DNA of 15,182 bases, from contig JAVZLK010000019.1 in the NCBI GenBank assembly GCA_038883795.1, positions 1 to 15,182 on the forward strand, given 5' to 3'. Of this stretch, positions 7,501 through 14,581 are shown one piece after another (within the stretch, counting starts at the first letter, position 1; each line of letters starts with the position of its first letter). Both the position numbers and the translations under genes were made by a program. The notes beneath the pieces were generated by a model. That model was not told where the DNA came from and ran no database searches. It worked only from the letters and a program-made list of their open reading frames with translations. The DNA is from Candidatus Bathyarchaeia archaeon (GTDB taxonomy: Archaea > Thermoproteota > Bathyarchaeia > Bathyarchaeales > Bathycorpusculaceae).

Positions 7501-9576
7501 AGCTGGGTCCACTATGATGGTTCAATCTACACATCCTATCCAGTTTATGAGACATCAACTGCGATTTTAGCATTGGTTGCAACTCATAACGCAAGCTATA
7601 CCACCATTATAGAAAATGCGAAAAATTGGCTCGTAGGAGCTCAACAAGACGAAACTTTTGGATATACACCAGCCAATTATCAATATGGCGGGTGGACGTA
7701 CTACTCCTCAAGAGGAGATCCTGACCTTTCAAATACTCAATTTGCATTACTGGCTCTAGATGCAGCAAACCTACCAAAAACCGATCCAACATGGAGCAAG
7801 GCAATAATATTCACTCAACGCTGTCAGAATAGACCTACCTCAAACGACCAAGCTTGGGCTCACGATAGTTCAAGGCCATCGTATAATGATGGAGGCTTTA
7901 TCTACAGACCTTGGGGATGGAGTCTGGCTGGTGGAACTCTATCTTATGGCAGTATGACAGGTGCCGGCATTTGGAGTCTATTACTTTCTGGCGTTCCAAA
8001 AACTGATGAGCGGGTAACAGCGGCCATAAATTGGGTCGCGAATCATTATACATGGGATACTAATCCAGTCTATGGATCGCGTCCGTATTATTATTATTTA
8101 ACTATGGCGAAGGCCCTTACAATGTATGGAGTGTCCATGATCGATGGACATGACTGGTATCAAGACCTATACAACAAATTAGTTGGAATGCAAATAAACG
8201 CAGGGCCTGGTCTTGGATATTGGTCAACTTCCTCTGAGGATTACAATCCAGACCTAACAACAGCCTATGCTATCCTGTCGCTTCAAACAAAAGCTGCTGC
8301 TCAGCCGGTAGAACGCTTGTCTTACCTTACATTCATCTTAAGATCAAACTGTCTTATTCGAGTGATCGACCCGGATGGAAACCTTGTCGGTTACAATTCC
8401 ATAACAGGCCGAGGAGAAAACAATATCCCCACAGCTGTCTACTTAGGTCCATTTTCAGAAACACAGATTATAATTATTATTAAACCCAAGGCAGGCACAT
8501 ACCGCCTCGAACTAATAGGCATCTCAGAAGGTCCATTCGAATTAACAATTCAAGGAAGTTATGGAGAAGAAGTTATGGACGTATTTGAATATACTGGAGA
8601 GATTAAACCAGCAGAACTGTATGGTTGCGACGTAACGGTGACCGCCATAGTTGGCCCAATTGACGTTTATGCAAGTCCACCAGAATTTGAAGAAATCATA
8701 GACAACATTCCGCCAACAACAACGCTGAATATCGGCAAACCAAAATATGTTAGCCCCACGGACAATATCTATGTATCATCTGCTACCCAGTTCACTTTAA
8801 CCGCTGAAGATAATCCGGGCGGCACTGGTGTGGCGTCAACGTTATATCGCATTTACAACAGCACATACGACACAGGCTGGCTGGAATACTCTGCACCTTT
8901 CTACTTGATAGGACTTGCAGACGGCGAATACTCCATAGACTTTTACAGCGTCGACAACGTTGGAAACACTGAACCAACTAACACTGTAACAGTTATTCTT
9001 GACAACACTCCACCAGTGACCACTTTAATTATAGGCGAGCCAAAATACGCTTCAGACAAAGTTTACGTCACCCCAGATACACCTTTCACTTTAGAAGTCA
9101 CAGATGCTGGCTCAAGCGTCTTTTCCATAGCTTATCGAATATTCAACTCTAACTATGACAGCGGCTGGCAAACCTATACTGAACCGTTCAACCTTGCAGG
9201 CTTGGCCGACGGCGTCTACATAATTGAATTTAATAGTACAGACAACCTTGGAAATGTGGAAGCCATCAATTCAGTTCAAGTAACGCTGTTCTCTTGGAAT
9301 TATGTATTCGAAGACAGCTATGGCAGAGGCACAATCCTCAAAATCAACCTCGCCCACAAATTCTTCCAGTTCATAACGCCGGACAAAGACTATGGCATAA
9401 GAGAAGCCACATACATGAGGCAATGCGGCAGAACAATAATAATACAACACTGCGACAACGAACTACGCCTAATCACAATGGCCTTAGACACAAAACTAGA
9501 CTTCTGCATAGCTATAGCATGGGACAAGCAAACCCATAAACAATACTTCCTAATCGACAAAGTCGGAAAAGAATAA
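4519..9576 (+). CDS. Large secreted/cell-surface multidomain protein (1685 aa): signal peptide, N-terminal beta-rich region, CARDB/Ig-like domains, prenyltransferase/squalene-cyclase-like alpha-alpha barrel, two OmpL47-like Ig repeats, C-terminal domain
   Basis: Signal peptide MKKIKSAILVVLILLSSS; CARDB-like HDVAITNV...VDISVTVKNMG (about 6256-6600); QW-type repeats GLAWLRTRQSGDGSW, AKNWLVGAQ, DLSNTQFALLAL (about 7345-8290); tandem DNxPPxTTL...DGxYxIxFxSxDNxGNxE repeats starting at 8701 and 9001. Confidence 0.9.
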   Translation: MKKIKSAILVVLILLSSSMVSPSIFFLVRADSTSPAVLEFNAFDDLEILEGEDTILIILKHNIVIPTSPLAEIYRKALDVTNDIGEEEIPIPVRKQFYEALYQEYDFSLGLDTLIMNSSIVPRGNFNECRIYVDAVAFPRVLTTMPGSTGDSWSIRFGPTNPTRFAEYIFTQVTFLKMLLQRLPDEQVYRSFWSIRIIIPEDATLLNSDEISGLNWLVDLGGGNSLMASLFVEKSSIILNETLTVTEKDITMPITDVCDAFQGYKSFLIEYSLSETEENEIDENVADQQLLFSAADISSASVSTTKHATADSTYDGDFSWSYTWSIINEDISGSILIPFEVPPGSYAKYNGHLELSATFYISWEPTLPIFGLKSFKSSIRTDAKLELDVEACIKAEYSNEEEPWTLPLFEYSYPVTFFIGPVPVEVSLEFSVEARLSVNFEAEMTITAGYRATGWLESGVRYNLNTMQLEGFSDRSMSSEFIPPAGEVSVSIEIRPSLAFDIWAKFYEVAGPHVEFELYLSISASLTQSSTFELNVVIGLQISVGFRFDDNLKKLLKLEDYGPKTIADIVLLEYVWRTHHDVAITNVMISKTNIYRGDIVDISVTVKNMGYTIEHDAVSFDVKVQYDDSEIGTQSVSNLAESSETTVVFTWDTSTAPTGELTIKAELLNINPAEEVDENDYAKNNIFETKVEISPVDFYITYAPETTWYKPGETTKTIVEVKNLRPVRTTFWLGVSFKDPTGEFEKYDPQISKVPESASLEPGETATFTVTWTIPVDAPFGWYTCYQIALNCWKDNIFKEKYVDNIEWADVFYVYKLQIILPKTESPASAGDPNNPKPIIVSVKWIPTMLSNLLLKKSDFSVRIGNQFAACEIQPSGSMSLDDIVATFKRFVLGLYELKVYPPTQQSQGFYNLTVTVTMGELTDSDMATSAVEYVSGPSVEPIEKGLAWLRTRQSGDGSWRGSVGVTSLVALAFLNAGYDETDLTVRKAINYILSWVHYDGSIYTSYPVYETSTAILALVATHNASYTTIIENAKNWLVGAQQDETFGYTPANYQYGGWTYYSSRGDPDLSNTQFALLALDAANLPKTDPTWSKAIIFTQRCQNRPTSNDQAWAHDSSRPSYNDGGFIYRPWGWSLAGGTLSYGSMTGAGIWSLLLSGVPKTDERVTAAINWVANHYTWDTNPVYGSRPYYYYLTMAKALTMYGVSMIDGHDWYQDLYNKLVGMQINAGPGLGYWSTSSEDYNPDLTTAYAILSLQTKAAAQPVERLSYLTFILRSNCLIRVIDPDGNLVGYNSITGRGENNIPTAVYLGPFSETQIIIIIKPKAGTYRLELIGISEGPFELTIQGSYGEEVMDVFEYTGEIKPAELYGCDVTVTAIVGPIDVYASPPEFEEIIDNIPPTTTLNIGKPKYVSPTDNIYVSSATQFTLTAEDNPGGTGVASTLYRIYNSTYDTGWLEYSAPFYLIGLADGEYSIDFYSVDNVGNTEPTNTVTVILDNTPPVTTLIIGEPKYASDKVYVTPDTPFTLEVTDAGSSVFSIAYRIFNSNYDSGWQTYTEPFNLAGLADGVYIIEFNSTDNLGNVEAINSVQVTLFSWNYVFEDSYGRGTILKINLAHKFFQFITPDKDYGIREATYMRQCGRTIIIQHCDNELRLITMALDTKLDFCIAIAWDKQTHKQYFLIDKVGKE

Positions 9577-9738
9577 AACCAAAAATGCATCCCCATCTTT
9601 TTATCTTATCTTTAATGTTGTAGTTTCTGTTAGTGTCTCATAACAGAAAATGTTTGATGTCTTCCTTAGTGCACGCAGCTGAAATAATTATTTTTCTTCT
9701 CAGTCTATTTCCGTTTTTAAGTTGAGGTCCCTAAGGTT

Positions 9739-10179
9739 TTAGTGCTGTTCAAGGTTTAGCTCGAAATATGTCCCGTCCTCTTTGAAACCGTACTTGCGAT
9801 AGAATTTTGCGGCTTGATCGAATATTGTGTCTACATGTATTTCAGTAACGCCTCTCTTTTTAGCGTTCTCAACTGCTGTCCTTAGGAGCTTGGAGCCAAC
9901 TCCCTTGTTGCGATACTCCTTATCCACGAGCATAAAATCTATGTGGCTCATTAAACTTCCATGAAGGATATCCAAGTAGAAATGCTGATGTAAGAAACCG
10001 ACAACCCGCTCATTTACTTTCGCCACCAAAACCTCACAATTCTCGTCTTCAAGAACCTTTTGAATAGTTCCGCCCCTATCAGCTGCCCATGACCAATTCA
10101 TTTCATTTATCCACCTGTCAATTAACCTTACAATGGAGCTGATATCATCCTCTTTGGCTTTGCCAACAACAAGCCTCAT
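9739..10179 (-). CDS. GNAT family N-acetyltransferase (146 aa)
   Basis: Acetyl-CoA motif A VDKEYRNKGVGSKLL and AAKFYRKYGF; start revised to the ATG at 10179 (MRLVVGKAKEDD), with TATA-like TTATTTAATAA about 20-25 nt upstream. Confidence 0.9.
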   Translation of the reverse strand: MRLVVGKAKEDDISSIVRLIDRWINEMNWSWAADRGGTIQKVLEDENCEVLVAKVNERVVGFLHQHFYLDILHGSLMSHIDFMLVDKEYRNKGVGSKLLRTAVENAKKRGVTEIHVDTIFDQAAKFYRKYGFKEDGTYFELNLEQH

Positions 10180-10329
10180 CGAGAAACCCTTCAAATTATT
10201 AAATAACTGAGGATTTCTTTTAACATTTTTTGTTTCGCCACAATCTATTCTTTTAGTCATCGTTAATAGAAGATAGAAAGCTTTCAATTTACGTTGTTTT
10301 TTATGTTTAGTTTAAGATGTGGCATAAGT

Positions 10330-11268
10330 TTATGAGCTGAGAACACATGTTTTATTCTTTAAGTATAAGCACACGTAAGCTGCAATTGTGGTTCCATCAC
10401 CAATGCGTGAAGGGATGATATCTTTCAAAGTTGATGCACAGCTTCCTGCAGCGTATATGCCTTCGATATTTGTTCTTCCAAACTCATCAACGACGATGCA
10501 ACCCGCTCGATGTGTTTTAATACCAGCTTTCCGCAAAACCGAAACAAAAGGAACAGTTGGGCTTACCACCAGAATAAGATTAGCTGTAAGTTTTCTGCGT
10601 TTAGAGTTTTTCAAATGACGTAAAACCATTTGTTTACCTGGAGGTTCACCCTTAATGCTCTCTCCAACAAAGTCTTCTATCAATTCTATTCCGTTTCTCT
10701 CCAATTTTTCTCTTACTTTCTGTTCTATTACAATCGAATTGGCATTATTAACAAGTTTGACATGCTTAGCAATCTTTGCTAGGTAGATGGCTTCATCAAT
10801 AGCTCTTTGAGTGCTACCTATAACGATTACATCCTTTTCCTTAATCAAAGGCGAACTGCACTCAAGGCAATAACTAACTCCATCACCAATCCATGTTTCA
10901 TTTTGTATACCCAACCCTTTCATTCCAGCACCCGTAGTCAAAATCAAAGCTCTAAAATTGTATGTATTCTTTTTAGTAACAACAAATTTGTTTTCTTTAC
11001 ATGATAGATCCAGGATTTCTTCTGCTGTTTTAATCTCTGCACCTGCCTTTCCTGCTTGTCGCATCATCCTTTTTGCTAATTCTCGTCCTGTAATTTCTTC
11101 TGGAAAACCTGGATAGTTGATTATGCTCCGTGCCCTGCGCATTCTTCCTCCAACATCTTTCTTAGATTCCAGAATAAGCGTTCGTAAACCAGAATTTGCA
11201 CAATAGATACCTGCAGCGAGCCCTTCAGGGCCCGCGCCTGCAATTATAACATCATACATAATCTTCAC
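10330..11268 (-). CDS. Thioredoxin reductase-like FAD-dependent oxidoreductase (TrxB family), atypical nucleotide-binding motifs
   Basis: YDVIIAGAGPEG, IINYPGF, ALILTTGA, GVSYCLEC (redox CxxC), TNIEGIYAAG. Start at GTG 11268 or ATG 11259. Confidence 0.9.
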   Translation of the reverse strand: MKIMYDVIIAGAGPEGLAAGIYCANSGLRTLILESKKDVGGRMRRARSIINYPGFPEEITGRELAKRMMRQAGKAGAEIKTAEEILDLSCKENKFVVTKKNTYNFRALILTTGAGMKGLGIQNETWIGDGVSYCLECSSPLIKEKDVIVIGSTQRAIDEAIYLAKIAKHVKLVNNANSIVIEQKVREKLERNGIELIEDFVGESIKGEPPGKQMVLRHLKNSKRRKLTANLILVVSPTVPFVSVLRKAGIKTHRAGCIVVDEFGRTNIEGIYAAGSCASTLKDIIPSRIGDGTTIAAYVCLYLKNKTCVLSS

Positions 11269-11669
11269 GCTTATTGCAATCTGATTAATTTTCTTATTAG
11301 TTTTATGCGAGCCGATCTAGCAAGAAAAGCTACGATATTCACTTAGCTCAAGCGTCCTGATTTTTAACAACTTTCGATGAGTCACGTTCTTTTAGTCGCT
11401 GTTAAGTGATGCTGTCTTCTTCTAGTTCAAGAAAGTAAGGATGTAAGATTGTAAGAATAAGGATAAGTCTGTATAGTACCCCAAGATTCTAAAATTCCTC
11501 TTAGGATTATCTTGAAAAGAGAATTATTGTTCTAGGATAAAGTCTTGTGAAGAATAGAATGTCCAAACATCTTTGTTGCTCCAAGAGTAATAATTGCTCA
11601 CAGTGAACCATCAAGGGTTATTATTTATAGAGATAAGTCTAAAAGATTAATGGATAATTTCTATTCCTT

Positions 11670-11875
11670 ACATGTCATGTCAATCATGGCATGTCGATGA
11701 CCGTCACGCGTGACAATCATGGCATATCTGATAATCCCCAGCGGTTGGGCATCATCTCTATGGTCTCGGAGGCTTCGGCATCATTGTCTAGGCATGGAGC
11801 GAACGCCGTGCGGTTCATCCATTGATTATTGTTCCTCAGGAGCATCCATTAAGGTACGTCCGGCGGACGCATCAT
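11670..11875. repeat. Array of seven short variable-sequence hairpins, each followed by a CATCAT-like motif
   Basis: Motif starts at 11681, 11714, 11750, 11779, 11816, 11843 and 11870, each immediately 3' of a different 11-16 nt (near-)palindrome. Confidence 0.75.
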
Positions 11876-11958
11876 CACCCCTGAATTGCATGATGTGTCA
11901 CTGGAAGATATTGAGTGTTCATTTAGGGTATAGAAGTATTAACTGTTAATAATGTAAG

Positions 11959-12313
11959 GTAATGCTCTGCCCCTGTGGGTTGGTGGGGGACAGGGGCTTT
12001 GAACTGGATGCTGAGGCAACACACCCAGTCTGAGCATTACTGTGATGTTTTAAACATGTTGAGGATAGGACATTAACCTATTAAGGATATACATCTATAT
12101 CTTAGACATACATTTAAGGACATAGCTATATATCCTTAAAGGATGCCTATCCTACTAACCTTATCTCATCACACGGAGTTTTTATGCTTGCCTCAAACTC
12201 CCTCATCAGGGAGAACTCCGCCCATGCTAGAGCCCCCCACAAGACAAGGTGCTCAGACAGGACTTTCTTCCACTGCCCATGGGTGTTTCATCCTCATCGT
12301 CTCACTAGGAGAC
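11959..12313. ncRNA. Putative structured non-coding RNA (or structured ssDNA) domain, family unknown, strand undetermined
   Basis: Three abutting multi-branch stems (11959-12040, 12041-12173, 12174-12220) plus hairpins at 12230-12254 and 12299-12313; no credible ORF. Confidence 0.45.
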
Positions 12314-12573
12314 TCGTCAACATCACTATACATAAGATAAAATACTACATTGAATTGTCCCTAAAGCATTAACACATTAGCATCAGAGAAGACGCTTAGA
12401 AGGGATAGAGAATGGCATACAAGCATATCTGTTAAAGAATAGTGTTACTCCAGTTTCTCTTCTCTACTATTGTCTCTCTAAGAGAGTTACCTATTAAAAC
12501 AATCCTCAAAAATTGTTACTGAAGGACACTTATTCCTTTTAATTCCAGAAAGGTTACACAAGCCTATAGACCC

Positions 12574-12605
12574 TTTGTTTTCTTTCTTTTTGGATTTTTG
12601 TTTTT
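12574..12605 (+). terminator. Oligo-T tract, possible archaeal intrinsic terminator
   Basis: TTTGTTTTCTTTCTTTTTGGATTTTTGTTTTT on the plus strand with no plus-strand CDS upstream. Confidence 0.3.
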
Positions 12606-12782
12606 ATCTCCCTTTATGTTTGTTTGGTTATAATTACGGATAAAAGTCAATGCAAAAAGAGACTGTAAAAATTTTTTATTATGAAGAATTATAAGTTATA
12701 CCGTAAAACTCCCTAGTAAAATAGAAGATTCAAACAAAAATTTTTTAAATTATTTTTGAGATAAATAACCGAGGGATTAAGT

Positions 12783-13901
12783 TTGAGACGTTTGTTATTG
12801 GTCTTTTTGATTTTTACTTGCAACTTTATAGTTAAGTTCTCGAATAACCCTGTTTTGGCAAACACAAATGTGACCATATATATTTTGGCTGATGGCTCAA
12901 TACAACCGCCAACAGCACCGATAAATAGAGATGGAGATGTGTATTATTTTACTGACAATATCACTATTCATGCTGATGGAATTATAATTCAAAAAGATGG
13001 CATCACGATTGATGGAGCAGGCTTTACCCTCCAAGGTCCTGGCAAAGAGGTAACAGTAAATGCAAAGTATCTTACCGGGATAAAGATTGAGATGGTAAGT
13101 AATGTTGAGATTCGAAATATTACAATCACCGATTATGGTTATGGCGTCACCCTTTCTCACGCTACAAACAATAATATTACAAATTGTAAATTCTTGGCAT
13201 GCATATGGGGAATAAAGGTAATTGATGCTTCATTTTTCAATATCGTTTCCTATAATGAGTTTATGGCTGAGGGGGGAATAGCTATCAGCGATTCTTCACA
13301 TAATTATGTGACCAATAATGTGTTTAAAGGAAGTAGAACTCAAATAGTAATCGGTGGGCCTCGTAACACCGTTGCTGGAAACAACATAACAGGCAGTGAC
13401 ACTGGAATTAGTATCGCGAATGGATATTGGGATGATTATGAAACCACATCATACAATGAGGTTTACAACAATAACATTATCGGATGCAGATATGGCATGT
13501 ACCTACAATTCTATGTGGCGAATAACACAATTTTCGGAAACACTATTAAAAGTTGTACTTACTGCATTTATTTTTATAATAATTACCCAAAGAACAACAA
13601 GTTTTACCATAATAACTTCATATTCAATACATACCAAATCCGAATCCCTGACTCTCCTATTTGTCGTAATATATGGGATAATGGCTGCTTGGGAGGCAAC
13701 TATTGGAGTGATTACGCGTATTCGGATTCGAACCATGACGGTTTTGGTGACGTCCCATATATCATAAACGATTATAACAAAGACAATTATCCTCTCATGG
13801 AACAATATGTTATCCCAGAGTTTTCGTCGCCTATTATCCCGTTATCGTTGATGATAACAACATTACTGGTTGTTATAATCTACAAAAAGAAAAATCATTA
13901 A
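12783..13901 (+). CDS. Secreted parallel beta-helix (NosD/CASH-like) protein with PEF-CTERM sorting signal
   Basis: Signal peptide; TIYILADGSIQP...DGITIDGAGFTLQG; Asn-rich NNxIxxN repeats; GNYWSDY...DGFGDVPY...DNYPL; C-terminal VIPEF + hydrophobic helix + KKKNH. TTG start; TTTTTAAAT TATA-like at about 12742-12750. Confidence 0.92.
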   Translation: MRRLLLVFLIFTCNFIVKFSNNPVLANTNVTIYILADGSIQPPTAPINRDGDVYYFTDNITIHADGIIIQKDGITIDGAGFTLQGPGKEVTVNAKYLTGIKIEMVSNVEIRNITITDYGYGVTLSHATNNNITNCKFLACIWGIKVIDASFFNIVSYNEFMAEGGIAISDSSHNYVTNNVFKGSRTQIVIGGPRNTVAGNNITGSDTGISIANGYWDDYETTSYNEVYNNNIIGCRYGMYLQFYVANNTIFGNTIKSCTYCIYFYNNYPKNNKFYHNNFIFNTYQIRIPDSPICRNIWDNGCLGGNYWSDYAYSDSNHDGFGDVPYIINDYNKDNYPLMEQYVIPEFSSPIIPLSLMITTLLVVIIYKKKNH

Positions 13902-14014
13902 TAGCTGTCCATTTAATTCTATAAAAGAATAAGAGCGACTAAATTAATGTTTACTTTGGAAGTCACCCTTAGCAGAGTGACAGTTCGGGAGAAATCACCA
14001 TACTCTTTTGAGAA

Positions 14015-14028
14015 TGAGCTACCTCGGC
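14015..14028 (-). other. tRNA 5'-end fragment (nt 1-14), candidate att site
   Basis: Minus strand GCCGAGG-TA-GCTC-A equals acceptor 5' strand, U8-A9, D-stem and A14 of a tRNA; the sequence after it is not tRNA-like. Confidence 0.55.
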
Positions 14029-14100
14029 GGTTTCCAGCAATTTTGAAAACACATTGGAATTCTTTAACGTTTCGCTAACGCCACTTTTGAACTTGCCCTT

Positions 14101-14322
14101 CTACTCCGTTTCCAGCTTGTAAAAGACTTTCATTCCCCTCAGGGTTTCATGGATTTTGTTGGCAAGTTGAAGAACTTCCATAAGCTCCACTTTCCTTCCC
14201 CAATCATAAACGTGATCGTGATATCCTCTTAGCGGTTCAAAGCCCATGGAGCGAAGCTTTTCGACAACCTCTAACGGACTTGCACCTTCACTGTAAAACC
14301 ATATCGTTAAATAAGTTTTCAC
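14101..14322 (-). CDS. Small hypothetical protein (73 aa), resembles a conserved archaeal family
   Basis: Start revised to the GTG at 14322 (MKTYLTIWFYSEGASPLEV...) with RBS GAGGTGGT; the longer ORF-track call overlaps the tRNA. Confidence 0.85.
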   Translation of the reverse strand: MKTYLTIWFYSEGASPLEVVEKLRSMGFEPLRGYHDHVYDWGRKVELMEVLQLANKIHETLRGMKVFYKLETE

Positions 14323-14397
14323 AGAGCACCACCTCACCCATTGCCTTAAAGGGGATGCAGAGGTGAAATTAAACAATTTCGGTTCATAGCGTTCTAG

Positions 14398-14486
14398 TGG
14401 CGCGGGGTGCGGGATTTGAACCCGCGCGGCCATTACTGACCACAGGCTTAGCAGGCCTGCCCCCTACCAGGCTAGGGCAACCCCGC
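14398..14486 (-). tRNA. tRNA-Ser(GCT), intronless, CCA encoded
   Basis: Acceptor GCGGGGT/ACCCCGC, discriminator G + CCA, anticodon arm CAGGC-CTGCTAA-GCCTG, long variable arm TGGTCA-GTAA-TGGCCG, T arm GCGGG-TTCAAAT-CCCGC. Confidence 0.97.
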
Positions 14487-14581
14487 ACTGTTTTTCATCA
14501 ACCTCGCAGGGTTTTGCAAGGTTTTTCATGGTTGTTTTTGCTTGGTTTTCTTGACCCCGTAGTTTTTGTGTATTTTCTTTC

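Larger units (their letters stand above)
1..14028. mobile_element. Putative integrative element/genomic island (left end outside the window)
   Basis: Integrase, ParB-like, RHH and wHTH backbone at left, accessory cargo at right, ending at a tRNA 5'-end-like 14-mer at 14015-14028. The right boundary is inferred. Confidence 0.6.

Noticed and set aside
4410-11004. Small ORFs overlapping the 1685-aa gene and the reductase gene
   Set aside because: Antisense or alternate-frame shadows of long, motif-bearing CDSs.
11796-11816. Group II intron domain V-like GAGC...CGTGCGGTTC
   Set aside because: Much too short for the roughly 34-nt D5 hairpin; no GNRA loop, no domain VI and no RT gene.
11670-11875. 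CRISPR array or canonical box C/D sRNAs
   Set aside because: No 24-47-nt conserved repeat, spacers too short, no cas genes; no properly spaced CUGA D boxes paired with the AUGAUG motifs.
12209-12270. RNase P CR-I-like strings (GGGAGAACTCCGCCC plus; GAAGAAAGTCC minus)
   Set aside because: No matching P4 partner/CR-V at a plausible distance.
12198-12320. Hammerhead-like CTGATGA and TTGACGA-stem motifs on the minus strand
   Set aside because: The required GAAA after stem II is absent.
11710-12372. ORFs 11710-11949, 12143-12340 and 12184-12372
   Set aside because: No RBS, atypical composition, coincide with palindromic structure.
12897-13805. ORFs overlapping the PEF-CTERM gene
   Set aside because: Shadow frames of an AT-rich repetitive gene.
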